DNA of 64,000 bases from Anthoceros angustus (Eukaryota; Plantae; Anthocerotophyta), in assembly GCA_010909165.1 (NCBI GenBank), contig MU008162.1, forward strand, positions 1,736,001-1,800,000. The letters are read 5' to 3'. The translations under genes were made by a program, and so were the position numbers. Numbering within the stretch: the first letter of the stretch is position 1; each line of letters starts with the position of its first letter. Shown in pieces: positions 47,842 to 60,366 of this stretch. The notes under the pieces were generated by a model. It saw only the letters and a program-made list of their open reading frames with translations, was not told the origin of the DNA and did no database searches.

Positions 47842-49013
47842 ATGACGGACATTTTTGATGGCTATGAGAGGCAGTACTGTGAGCTGTCCACAAACCTTGC
47901 ACGAAAATGTACAGCGGTGGTGACACTCGAAGGAGGTATTGCTTGCTGTATTCTATCTCCTTGTGCCTAGCCTCAGTTCGGTGTCCTTCACATTCTTTGT
48001 TGATCTAGGCTGATGTGACGCTGTCGAAAGCTGGATGGTAGGGACTTATCGCCAGACCAACGTCTTAGGTTATAATCCATGTGTGTGCACAACTCGCAGA
48101 GCACAAGAAGCAGAAGCTTAAAGAGCTTAACGATGGGGTGCAAGACGCCGAGACCCTGGTACGGTGGTGGCACTTACTTCCCCCTCTTCTTGATTTGTGG
48201 AACAGACAGTTGGCTGTATCCTTGCATGGACGTGACCTATCTTGCTCACTGCTTAACATTTAGGAGCTTGAGTTGTTCAGATCCGGAAGATGGATCTCGA
48301 GGCTCGGAGCTTGCAGCCTACACAGAAAACTGCCTTGCTTGCCAAGTTAAGGGAGTACAAGTCTGATTTGAATAATTTGAAGCGTGATGCAAAGAAGGCG
48401 GTGTCTGTCGATTTGTCATCATCCAGGGACGACCTCCTTGAAGCTGGCCACGCCTCTGTCATGAAGGTGCAGAGCAGTTCTACCAGTATTGTTGATTTTT
48501 GCCAGTCGTAGGTCCTGTTTGGATGCTTGTTGTGATACTCAATGTATCTGACATGTGGATTATTCACTGACTCTGAGATACTGCAGGCTTCAGCTGATCA
48601 GAGAGCTCAACTTCTTGCCTCAACAGACAGGTTGAACCAAACTACTGACAGGATCAAGGAAAGCAAACGGACGCTTTTGGAAACTGAAGACCTCGGTGTG
48701 TCTATTCTTCAAGATCTTCATCAACAACGCCAGTCCCTGTTGCATGCCCGAGATACAGTGAGTTTCGTTCCAGCTTCCATTGATGTATGCTTGACGTGGT
48801 CTTATTTCAAAAACGCAGATGGACCGCAGTCTAACACTGATTTGGTCATTCATGCAGCTTCACGGGGTTGATGATGGCTTATCAAAGAGTAGACAGATTC
48901 TAAATTCAATGGCAAGGAGGATGAACAGAAACAAATGGACCATGTGGCTCATTATTTCTGCTCTCATCTTCTCTATATTGTTGATTCTGTACTTCAAGTT
49001 CGTTCGGCACTAG
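47842..49013 (+). CDS. VTI1: VTI1-family Qb-SNARE; multi-exon
   Basis: MTDIFDGYERQYCELS, RKMDLEARSLQP, KLREYKSDLNNLK, ETEDLGVSILQDLHQQRQSL and a C-terminal transmembrane helix. Confidence 0.95.
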
Positions 49014-49460
49014 GAGCGGTTATTAATTCTTTGGGCTTCATCCTGTCAAGCATTCCAAGTTCCCAGGCTTATTGGATTAGGTCTTCCTTCCAGGCTGTGC
49101 CCCTTGTATGAACAGGAACAAATTGGTTCATGTGTTAGTTAGGTGCTTTGCTCTTAATTCTCTTCTTGGTGATGGCTCTAGCAGCAGATCTTGTTTCATT
49201 GCTCGTGAGCAGATGCAATAAATGCTTCCTCGTGGTAGGCTTGGTGCTATCAGCCAGTTGATGCCAAGACCTGTTATGTTTTTTTATCAATAAATATCTG
49301 TAATTGTAGATTTCGACTTGCACTTGTTCCTCCTTGGCATATTCCAATTAGCCTAGCACCTTCCCAATTAGCGAGGCGATAGGGCACATCTGTTGGAAAG
49401 TAGACGTGTGTGAGCACTGACCAGCTATGTACGAAGAGCCTAGGCAGGCGGAGGTGAACG

Positions 49461-50481
49461 TTAGTCAACATAGATCAGGTGGCACCCTTCATCGAAGGCA
49501 TTCAAGGAAGTTTCTCCAGGAGGATGAATATAGAGCTCGATCTGTTCACATCCTTGCTCTCCGGCGTATGCTGACGATGGTACAAGCAGAAATTCACCCG
49601 GCCTTTTGCCCCCTTGTTGAGCACATTGAGAAACGCTTTGCATGAGTAGTCGGTTCCTTCCCCAGTTCACCCTCAGGTTGTACATGTAAGTCTCCTGGTT
49701 GCCTACGGACCCCACATAGCATAGATAAACAAGGCTCCCTAGCTCTTCCCGCTCTACAACAAACAGAAACAACATGCCTGCAACTTTTAGGATGCGATGC
49801 CTGCTGCCATCCATGGGTAAACTGCACCATTTCGCTAGCTTAATATCCGTGGTGTGCACTCCATGGGCATCTAGAAAGTGGGATGAGAGGCTTCTCATGG
49901 GTCCCGAGTGATCACATCCAAGTAGAGGACAAGCAAACGGTGCAAAGTCGCATTCTGTCTCGTGAGCCTTCTTCCGCATGTACTTGGGCACCTTCTGGCA
50001 TCCATACTCTGCATACTTGCACCTCACATGTAGCGACTCAATCAGCTTCTCAATTGCCAGACATCGGATCTTGCCAGTAGAGCGTCTACAGGTGGGGCAG
50101 ACGTTGTTCATCTTCAAGCAGCATCCTGTGCAGGCAATATGTCCATTTGAGCACTGCAACCCACAAAGGAAAGGGTATCATCACCCCATCGATCCTTCAG
50201 ATTGCAATTCACAGAACATGAAGCTGCCAATACTTACAGATCCGAAAGCAAAGCAACGATACCTGGAAGATTGGTGGGCACAGAGGCTCCATACACACCC
50301 CGCAATCCAGAGTGTCTGGATCAAACAAGGCTGACAAGGGCCCGTCATCTCCGTCCAGGGCTGCCAACCTAGGTTCGAGTGCATCCAGTGGTGGGTCTGT
50401 TCGGCATCTCTTAGAAACAGGTCTTGGAGCCTCGTCTGTTTCAACCTCGTCTACAGCACTTTGCATTGCAAATCGCACCAT
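49461..50481 (-). CDS. SINA-like RING E3 ubiquitin ligase, 2 exons
   Basis: LDCGVCMEPLCPPIFQ|CSNGHIACTGC...CPTC, IRCLAIEKLIES and SIAH-type zinc fingers (CKYAEYGC, HETEC, CP..GC, HFLDAH). Confidence 0.92.
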
Positions 50482-51053
50482 CCTTGCTCTATCTTCAAGA
50501 TCACAATTCACCACCAAATTGGGGCACCTGAAAGCTACGCGCAGATCTGTGATGTACTTTGAGCCCGGGAAGTCGAAGTCTGTAAAGCAGATTCGCTTTC
50601 CTCCCAGAAACCTACAACACCTGATCCCTCATACGCCGTGGGCACGGGATCCCTCAATGTCATCGCAGGAATTGTTCCAAGGCCAATTTACCTGCCAGAC
50701 TGTTCCTGGGCCCTGTAGCAAGCCTCTTTTTACGCTTGAAAAGCCACAGGTGGCATCGTATTTCACGTAATTCTCGTGCTTTGCTACTAGTCGCAGCAGC
50801 GAGCCTTTTGGGCTGGCAACACTGTGGAGCTCGGGTGGCCTTCCCTGCTATCACCAGAGCAAAGCTGCGGAAACCGTTTGGGATGGCAGTCTGGATGACC
50901 CGCATTATTGATGTGGAAATGGCGGTTGAGCAGCAGGAAAACATAAGCCGGTCTTTTACTGGATCCGGAGGATCTGACCACCTGATGATTCTCCTCCTTC
51001 AACAGCAGAGGAGCAAAATTTAGTAGTGGAGGAGGGCATCAGCAGCGGTTAAA

Positions 51054-53908
51054 ATGGCTCTCATTGACGAGCATGCACACGTCAGGCACCTGACGGATTT
51101 CGCCAAAATTGAAGTGAACATAGAGCGGACCTGGCCCTCTGAAAGACCTAAAGTTGATAGGCAAATTCAGACAGGCAGAGTGCGCAGGGGCATAGCAGAG
51201 TGCCAGACGAATTTTTCGCAACACTCGGTCGCTGTGAGTTTTCCACCACCTCAGTCTCATCCTGTCGATAAAGCTGCCTTTATTATTGTTACATGAGGAT
51301 TTGATCTGTTGTTTGAATGTTTGAGTAGACTCAAACCACATCATCGGGATGCCCCCGAGGCTGGCAAAGCGAAGATTTGGCTTTACAGAAGTCTCTGCCG
51401 TATATGACTAGTGTGTTGGACGCTGCTCTCGAGGAACCTTGTTTGGAGAACCTGGACTTGTTCTCAGGCAAGTACTTTGACCTTGTAGACGATTTCGTTT
51501 GCCAGCATGCAGAATGAAAAGCTTCCTTCTAATGTTTGCTGCCGAGTTCAGAATGTTTGGAGACCGTAGACGGTGGTGATCCTGAAGTACTGTTTGAGCT
51601 GACTCCTTCACCTGACGAGCCATGGTTGAGCTCTCTGGTAGTGACAAGCCTTTCATGGAATGCCACGGGCCGTCTGATAGCTGCAAGGTAACAAGGCTCT
51701 GGCATGTCCTGGTCGTGGTTGTCCTCCAGGGAAACGAGTGAGGTAGGCGTTGCTGAGATACTCGTTGTTCCTATTTGGCATTCAGCTATGGCCGAAAGGA
51801 TATGCTAGGATGGTGCCTGCATCCAGGTGCTCTGTGTGCGTGGAAAGTTGACCGCAATTGTCAAGCTTCATGTGAACCTAACCTCACGATTGAACTAGAT
51901 GTGAGATTTTGCTTGCCGCAGCTGACTGTTTATGTAGATCAGGTGCTCTCCAGCTTTTCTGACTACAGGAGATCCTCTCGGATGCAGAACTGTTTGATGT
52001 GCATAGCTTTCCATCCTAAGCAGCCCTATGTAATTGCTGGAGGAACTTACAATGGTAAATGAGTTCAAAACTCAGAGCCTGTTTGCAGTGGGTTGATGCA
52101 TCTTTTTCTGCATCTATGATGGAACACTCCAGGTTCCCTCCAGACCCCTTGTCTGAAACTGTGGTTATGTGCTCTGTAGGGCAAGTCTACCTGTGGGACC
52201 TTAGCAAGGATGATCCTCAGCAAGCTTTATCTCAGATCAGCAATGCATCTCACCTTGATCCTGTTGCTCAGGTAATTCTGGACTTGTGCGGAACATGTTT
52301 CAAACTTTCGTTTACAGTCAATGAAATCACGTTTACTGAAGTATCGACTTTTGGCATGGTTTCCTCATTTACGAGTAACTCATCTTGTCAATTCTATTCT
52401 GAAGGTCGCTTGGCACTGTCCAAAGCTGGAAGACAGCAAGCAAATTTCGGATGCGGAAAGGTTCCAAGTAAGACTGTACATTGTGGACAAAGCATCTTCT
52501 CTCTATCTGGGCTATTGCGTCACTCCGTGATATCCGGTCCTGGGCCCACATGCACAGATCGTCACTATTAGCACGGATGGACGAGTTTTGATCTGGTCAA
52601 TAAGCAACCTACGTCGCCCTATCTATGGGTTACTCCCACACCGCCTGTCCCTAGATGCACGCTTAGTCCGGTATCCTTCCTGGCTCCCTCGTATAAAGTG
52701 GAAATGAATCAGGTACGAGCTTCTCTACCCACGTGCGCAAACAAACGAGTTGCTGGAGTGGGGAGGTGAGATGGAAGCAAGAAATGTGGTTTGCTCGCAA
52801 TGCATCCTGATTTTGCTGGTGGGCCAGAATGCTAGCAGGGTGGAATCATGCAGAGGATGATGAGGATCTAAGAACTTGCAATCTGAATTCATGAATCATG
52901 CCTGGTGCGTGATGTCTGTAGGCACGTGCATCTCATTTTCCAGGAGGGAAGAGCACGGATCCTTTGTTGTTGGCACAGAAGGAGGAACAATTTATAAATG
53001 TCTTCTGCACCATACCCCTCAACACATTAATGACTTCGAGCGGCAGGCGACTCATGGAGGTCTTACTATACTTCAGCAATCTTGTTCTTCTCCTGTGTTA
53101 GGGGTGGCTCACAGCCTCACTTTTAGATGTTTCATCTTCTGTTTAGAGCCCTGGAGAACCATTGGGGTCAAAATGAAGTCACCGATAAAGACGGAATACG
53201 AAGCTCATGTGGGTCCAGTTCATGCTGTGAACTTCTCCCCGTTTCACCGACATATCTTTGTCTCTTGCGGCTTTGATGGGTTCATTGGCTTGTACAACAC
53301 CCTTCAGGTATGGTAGTGTTCGAGGGGTTTAAGAGCCTTGGTGTTTCAGAGACATTCACTGTGAGAGGTGCCTGAAGGAATGCGTGAAAACCATGTCAGG
53401 AACGACCTCTCTTACGGCTAGAGCCATCAGATTCATATTTGCTCTGCCTCCAGTGGTCTCCGTTTCGACCACTCGTTCTGGCTGTCGGAGCTGGGAATGG
53501 CTGTCTCTTTCTGTATGATCTTCAGGTGGGACAGGATTCAAACTCGTCGTCGCAGAAGCTCAGGATAAAAGGATTGTAGATGACCCAATTTTTGCTTTTG
53601 CTGATGGCATCAATGCAGAAAAGTTTGTTACATCCAAGACACATGATTCGCGTCAGGGAAGATGGGCAAGCTGTAGATGCGTTAGCTTTTAACAACCATA
53701 TCGGTCATTATTTAGCTGCCTCGGCCGGGACCAGCGTGAAGGTAAGGTTGTACAAAATGAGGGTTCTTTTACAGTTGACGCTCTGACCGTCACTTTCTAT
53801 GTGGTGCAGATATTGTTGCTGGGAATGTCTCTGATCAAAGAGCGTGAAACGGAGCGCAACAAGCTAGCATCCTTGGCTGAGCTAACCGCGGAGCATTGGA
53901 CATCATGA
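51054..53908 (+). CDS. WDR34: WD40 dynein-2 (IFT dynein) intermediate chain, WDR34/FAP133-like; many exons
   Basis: N-terminal QIQT and CQT (LC8-binding-type) motifs, VTSLSWNATGRLIAASYGRKD..GWC, LMCIAFHPKQPYVIAGGTYNG, FVVGTEGG and HVGPVHAVNFSPFHRHIFVSCGFDG. Confidence 0.82.
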
Positions 53909-54087
53909 AGGTGAAGGTGAGCAACTAGAAGCATTTTTAGCGCTAATCAGCAAATCTTGGCCTCAGTCTATGGCATGATCTCAGCAGGCGCACTATAGTT
54001 TGTCATAGCATACAGCTAACAAGGCGAGCTGAGGGGCTGTACAACCAGCATTACCTCTAAATGGCCAAGGAGGCAACGGGACAGATA

Positions 54088-54212
54088 AACTGAGAGAGAG
54101 GTAAGAGAGGTTTACAATACAGATCCTGTGGCTACGTCAAGAAGAAATAAACTGAGAGAGGTAAGAGAGGTTTACAATACAGATCCTTTGGCTACGTCAA
54201 GAAGAAACTGAG
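54088..54212. repeat. Tandem ~60-bp duplication just 3' of the alkenal reductase stop codon
   Basis: AAACTGAGAGAGGTAAGAGAGGTTTACAATACAGATCCT(G/T)TGGCTACGTCAAGAAGAAA occurs twice. Confidence 0.9.
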
Positions 54213-54220
54213 GCAGGTAT

Positions 54221-55620
54221 TCAAGGATCAGCAAGCTTAACCACCTGCTTGCCCACGTTTCTGCCTTCCAATACCCCAAGCAATGCTTCTGGAGCTTTTT
54301 CCAACCCCTCAGCAATATCCTCCTTGTAGATGATTTTCTTCTGCTGAAGGAGAGTACCAACGGAGTCGTAAAACTTGGACGTAAGGTTCGCATCACTCAT
54401 CTGGTCCAGGATGATAAAGCCCTTGAGGGTAAGCCGCTTTTTGAGAATCTGGATAGAATTACCCAGGGGCTCCGGTTTGTCCCTGTTGTACTGAGATATC
54501 ATGCCACACACAGCGACCCTCCCAAAATTATTCATCACCTCGAGGACAGCGTCCAGGGTCTTGCCCCCCACGTTCTCGTAGTAGATGTCTAGGCCCTTGG
54601 GAAACAACCTTCAGAATCAAACCAGCCCTTTAGATTCCCATCCCACTTTCTAACTACTCACGTGGAACATACGTTCAGCACACTGCACAACTCACCGCCT
54701 GAGCGCTGCTTCCATGTCTGGCTCCTCCTTGTAGTTGAAGGCGTCATCAAACTTGAACTTCTCCTTCAGAAGCTTCACCTGCATCACCACCAGCACAACG
54801 ACAAGTGTCAAAAACACAGAGTTGATCACAAAAAACACATACATTAGCAGCGGTGACATCTCAAGTATCTAGCAAGAACCAGAGAAGTTCGACAATCGGA
54901 ATCCTGACCTTCTCCTGGCTTCCAGCGCTGCCAACAACATAGCACCCCATGAGCTTGGCGTACTGGCCCACCAGCTGGCCCACCGCTCCCGCCGCAGCCG
55001 ACACAAACACCTTCTCCCCGGGCTTGGGCTCCGCAACATCAAAAAAGCCGTGCCAGGCAGTGAAGCCAGGCATTCCCAGCACACCTATGAAGTAGGAAAG
55101 GGGAACCCCTTCAATAGGCGGAATCTTGTTGATGCCGCTCCCTTCCTTCACCACGTAATACTCCTCCCATCCCCCAAACCCCGACACAAGGTCCCCTTCC
55201 TTGAACTCCGGGTGATCGGACTTCGTCACCTTCCCGACCACGTAACCTACTATCGGCTGCAATCAGCACACCACAACACTGTCAACACAACGACGTTCTT
55301 CCCTTGCCACAACACAACGACATTCTTTCCTCACCACAGCACAACGACATCCTTGGAAACACAATTCCGCGGCAAACTGAACCAGACAAGCATCTTACCT
55401 CACCGACTTTGAACGGCGTGGTGTAGGATTCCACGCCTTTCATGCGCTCTCTCATGTAGGGATCGCATGAGAGGTAGAGCGTCTTGATAAGCACATCGCG
55501 GGAGCCTGGATGCACCTCCGGCATTCCCTGGCCTTCCATCACTTCCAGGTCCTCCACATTGGGAGCTCCATCTCGCACGTAACGCTTCAGAACGACTCGT
55601 CGATTGCGCACTTCCGCCAT
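54221..55620 (-). CDS. NADPH-dependent 2-alkenal reductase / double-bond reductase (MDR family); 4 exons
   Basis: LYLSCDPYMRERM, GVLGMPGFTAW, VFVSAAAGAVGQLVGQYAK, DIYYENVGGKTLDAVL, GRVAVCGMISQYN and GRNVGKQVV. Confidence 0.95.
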
Positions 55621-56321
55621 GACGCTATTATCTTACGCTGTTTGCTTCCGATTCTTGGCGAGGCCGGGCATCTTGGAATTGCAGGCCAGGACGATGCCTG
55701 CTCATAAACTCTTGCTAGGCTAGCTCGGCAGCTCGAGTTCATGTGCTGGAACTGAACTGACTGTGATATCGCATTCTATTTGCATGCGAGCTCATCGGTA
55801 CCTTCTCCTACAGTTTCACGCACATCACATGACAAGTGGCCTCCCAATTCCATCGCGCCATATGGCATTCTCGTCATTTTTTATCAATAATTCTAGGACG
55901 GGTTTCTCCGTCAAGCTGGTACTTGGCATCAGCTTCGATTGTAGGTAGGTACGTCGCATCATCTCGATCACTTCGCCGTCATTCCACGAAAATCAATAAC
56001 ATAACAGAGTTGCTGAACTACCTACCTTACACATTCTAAAATTTCTCAACCCATCTTGTGGAATACAAAATTAATAGTATTCATAATATATTTATTCGTA
56101 TTAATAATTTAGTATAAAATTTTATATATTCATAAATTCTTTTTCCAATCTTCCTTTTAGGTGTGTTAGGATCTAGAGTTTAGCTTCCTCTTCTTTTTAC
56201 AATTTACCTAATGTGTATATATTGTGATGGGTTGATTGATCATATAATATGTAATCTAATTAAAACTTCATCATTTGGTAAATATATATGTAATTATTAA
56301 CTATCAATAAAAATATTGTGT

Positions 56322-56816
56322 CTAATTTTTCCCTTTAGGTGGATCATAATCGTTGGGATCTTGAGAGGGATCTTGAGAGGGTGAACTTCCTCCATTTTTC
56401 TTGTCATCAGGGATGGGACATGCATTATCTATTGTATTATCAATTGAATAGGATAGAAAACAAACATCATTTATGCCCCAGGCAGCTCGTTTATTGATAC
56501 AATGTTCTTCGAGTAAGCTATGTGCCAAGAGTACAAGACATGCATGACATTGATATGTGTACATCATTTCTGGGTACTTCATAATACATCCAGCCTTAGC
56601 TCTAAAATATGAAGGCCATGAGTATTTCACTTCGGAGGCCTCAGGAAAACTTGTTAATCCTTTTTCAATGACTATATCTACGCCCGATTTGATCACTAGA
56701 ATAATTGGATCGATTGCCCACAAGTCTGCGCCACATATGTGTTCCACTATAAGTCTTCTCCCATTTTGAGCACTAGTTTGTATTGTGAGCAAAAGGAGAT
56801 ACATTATTAATATCAT
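56322..56816 (-). CDS. Secreted cysteine-rich protein, Gnk2/DUF26-like (paralog A)
   Basis: Signal-like MILIMYLLLLTIQTSA; AGC-x11-C-x2-C, LLEEHCINKRAA and CFLSY. Clearly paralogous to 57711-58205. Confidence 0.65.
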   Translation of the reverse strand: MILIMYLLLLTIQTSAQNGRRLIVEHICGADLWAIDPIILVIKSGVDIVIEKGLTSFPEASEVKYSWPSYFRAKAGCIMKYPEMMYTYQCHACLVLLAHSLLEEHCINKRAAWGINDVCFLSYSIDNTIDNACPIPDDKKNGGSSPSQDPSQDPNDYDPPKGKN

Positions 56817-57710
56817 ACAACCTTGCTTTATACAACCATATATTCCGAATTTCATTGTCACAAATAAAAATTTGTACCCCGTGAAGTTATCCAAAAGAAT
56901 ATAAATAAAACGTTGACATTTAGCATTTACTTAGACCCACTATCAAATTCCACTCACCTTTTGATGACCCCAAAATAAAAAAAATAAAATGCATCATGAG
57001 AAATGAATGAATAAGTCTTAAATCTCAATAAATTAATGAATATTCTCATCTGAATATTCTAGAATCGTATCACTGTATGATGAATAACTTAAAAATAAAT
57101 TAAATCAAAATCAAAATATAAATCCAACCTAGGGTTTGAAAGATCACAAGAAGTCTCGTAGCAAGTAAGTAAGATTAAGAAATTCATATGATTGATTGTT
57201 CATGAATCCCCTTCAGCTTAAATTAATATTAAAAATAAATTACTGGAATCACAGATTCTAGGTTATAACTTTATTATGTTGGTCAATTGGTATTCATCAA
57301 CCAACTCACATGGACAATGGATTCACCATCTACACATTTATTCTTTACATCTTAATTATAATCAAATGTGTGATGTTCTAAATGAAGAACTGTTTTCAAA
57401 ATTTCCGTGATGTAGTAGTTAAATATGCACAAGGATTTTTAGGTTTTAGATCAAACATTCCTTGGAATATTTTTTTTGGGATGAGATATTATCGTGAATG
57501 AGTTTCATTACTAAGCGGTACATATAATCACATAAGAGCAATGGAGATGGGTGCTCCAAAAGTACTAGTAGGTCTTCTACAAGATTAAATAGTTTGCATA
57601 CATTGATCACATGCTAATATTATCCAATGATTAAATTTGATATGTAGATTAATTTTTTGTTTAAATGTGGCACTTAAATTGGCACTCGGATTGCAACTTA
57701 AATTTCCGAT

Positions 57711-58205
57711 ATGATGATCACTGATAACACAATGGATTTTTCACCACAACAGTTACAGTTGCATATCTTTGTGTTGCTTCTTTTCCTTCATGGTTATTCA
57801 GAGGCAAGATATATGACACTAAGGAGCCGAAGTCTTGAAGTCAGTGCTGTGCAATACACATGTGGTGCAGATTTATGGGTGATTGATCCAATTATTTTTG
57901 TCATCAGAACTGGAGTAAATATACTCATTGAAAATGCGAGTGCATCGTATCCTTTGTCATATTGGTATGAGAATAGATGGCCTTCTTACTTTAGGGGATA
58001 TGCCGGCTGTACGTATGAATATGGAACATTAACAAACTCGAGTGATTGTTTTGATTGCTTAGAGGCTGTAGTAGCAACGCTTCTTGAAAGACTATGCAAA
58101 AATAAACGTGCTGCAATTGGTAAGAAAATAAATTGTTTCGTGCAATATACCATTGATGAACCACATGACCAAATTTGTCCGCTGCCAAATAATATAAATC
58201 TATAA
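57711..58205 (+). CDS. Secreted cysteine-rich protein, Gnk2/DUF26-like (paralog B)
   Basis: Signal-like LHIFVLLLFLHGYSEA; GYAGC-x12-CFDC, LLERLCKNKRAA and CFVQY. Confidence 0.65.
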   Translation: MMITDNTMDFSPQQLQLHIFVLLLFLHGYSEARYMTLRSRSLEVSAVQYTCGADLWVIDPIIFVIRTGVNILIENASASYPLSYWYENRWPSYFRGYAGCTYEYGTLTNSSDCFDCLEAVVATLLERLCKNKRAAIGKKINCFVQYTIDEPHDQICPLPNNINL

Positions 58206-58310
58206 ACTTGTGTATTCGTTATATATTTTAAGTGATATGTAATTGTCATAAGTAGTAGCTATGTATTAGACCTATTGCCAGCAATGAAAACAAGTCCTCC
58301 ATTCATTTGA

Positions 58311-58563
58311 AGTGACATCCAGACATAGGTTCATTGGAACTCCTTAGTAAAGTGACGTATAGACATGGATTCATTGGAACTCCTGAGTCAAGTGACATCC
58401 AGACATGGGTTCATTGAAACTCCTCAGTCAAGTGACAACCAGACATGGGTTGATTGAAACTCCTCATTCAAGTAACATCCAGACATGGGTACTAGACATG
58501 GGTTGATTGAAACTCCTCATTCAAGTAACATCCAGACATGGGTTCAATGGAACTCCTCAGTCA
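58311..58563. repeat. 40-bp minisatellite, about 6 copies
   Basis: AGTGACATCCAGACATGGGTTCATTGAAACTCCTCAGTCA-like units at 58311, 58351, 58391, 58431 and 58471, plus a partial and a further copy. Confidence 0.93.
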
Positions 58564-60366
58564 AACAGTCCTTGGGATGGATTAGCACTCAAATGGGGTG
58601 CTACCCATTCTCAAAGTCCATGGCCTTATGGGGCCACTTCTTATAAATCATGCCCTCGTCTCTGCAGCGCGGGCGGCTAGTTGTTAGTGTCATATGGGGT
58701 TACTGCAAGATTACTCCATATTTAAAAACTCTTAAGACATCTTAAGCGATTCTCTTAGAAAGAACCGACAAAGAACGTGGAGAGTTAATAAATATGCATA
58801 GATGGCAAGTCCCATCTACACATTGAGTGATGGGGGCTCTCAAGAGGCCCCATCATAGCCTACATCCGCTATCATAAGTGTGGTAAGGCAAGGTCGTGTA
58901 GGTTTGAAGTCAGAGCACAAGGGACGTGTTATCATCAATTCCAGATACGGTCTGACTGGAGATCATTGGCGTGGGCGCAGGTGCATACTGATGCGCTGAC
59001 ATATTTGGGTGAGTTCTTTAGCCAAATGCTGCAAAAACGTTTTGAGGAGAGGGGCAGGGAATTTCCATTGAAGGAAACAAGAAGTAATTTACTAAGACTA
59101 GTAACAGCCGAAGAAAGGTAAGCACATTATGTTATCCTTAGAGTGTCAAAAAGGCCTGCTTATGCCTCTTATCTGTCCCTACAGGTGTGAGACACTGAGG
59201 CCCGTGTTGACCGGGGTGACAGTAAGGGAAAAAGTGCTGATCTCAAGGTACTGCTCTCTGAAAGGTCCATTTACACGTGCAGGATGGGGTAGAGGAACAG
59301 AGAGAATGAACCTTTCCTTCATTATGACAGGCTGCAAGTTTGCAAGCAGATCAGGTAAGGAATACAGAGACGGATTACCTTTCATTATGTAGCCTGGTGT
59401 TCGCAGAAGAGTTGTCACCTGTGCCACACACAACATACTTGAAATAAAGGTCAGACGGTCAGCTTCAGTGTGTGGATCCTGCCTTTACCTGATCAAGCAG
59501 AAAGCTGCTTCTTCCAATCAGGCAGGCCTTCAGCATGGAGCATCATGCAAATCAATGACACTCCACTGCCACCACTTACAGCTACCCTCCAGGACAGTTG
59601 GACAGGTCCATTGATCAGAAGACCCAACTAAGACAAGAAAATGACAATCGTGTCATCCAACATCATTCAGGAGCGTCAAAGAAAACAAATGCAACAGCTA
59701 CACCTGGGATGACATGGAGCATCAGAATGATAAGAGTAGGGTCTCCAAACTGAGATGCAATATGGAACAAAGAGACTGGAGAATGCAAGAAAGATCAACT
59801 GCATGTATATTTGGTGCCTGAATTATAGACTATTAATATTTAACCAGATTCCAGCATTACATTTCCGACAGTTCGGTAACCTCTCAAAACATATGGTGCA
59901 GAAAGAAGAACGAATGGAAACCTCTAGGGTGCTAAGGGATTCCAGTTGGGAGGACTGCGCACACTTACAGCACGACCCAGCTCTTGTGAGACTGACTCTT
60001 CTCACACTCTTCAAAACCATCATCTACAGCGCACAGGTCTGAGAAGAAAATGTGCCTATTTAGCTATGGTCGTTGGTGGATTCACTACTGGGGCGTTTGC
60101 ATGAGCAGGACAAAGACCTCCACTTTCTTCCCTCGTAAATTCCTCTTCATAACAGTTGCTGTTTCCAGATCCAAACTCCTCTCTTCACACTTTGACTCCT
60201 CTTTTTCATTTTTCTCCTTCCTGAAATAATTGATTTCACAAGTTCTGCATCATTACTTCCTCCACTGCCTTCTTCTTTGTCCACTTTTAAGTTTAAGCAT
60301 TCGAGTAAGTTTTTTGCTTTAAGCCAGCAGTAGCAGAGCCACCTTACCTCAAGCACAACTCTTACG

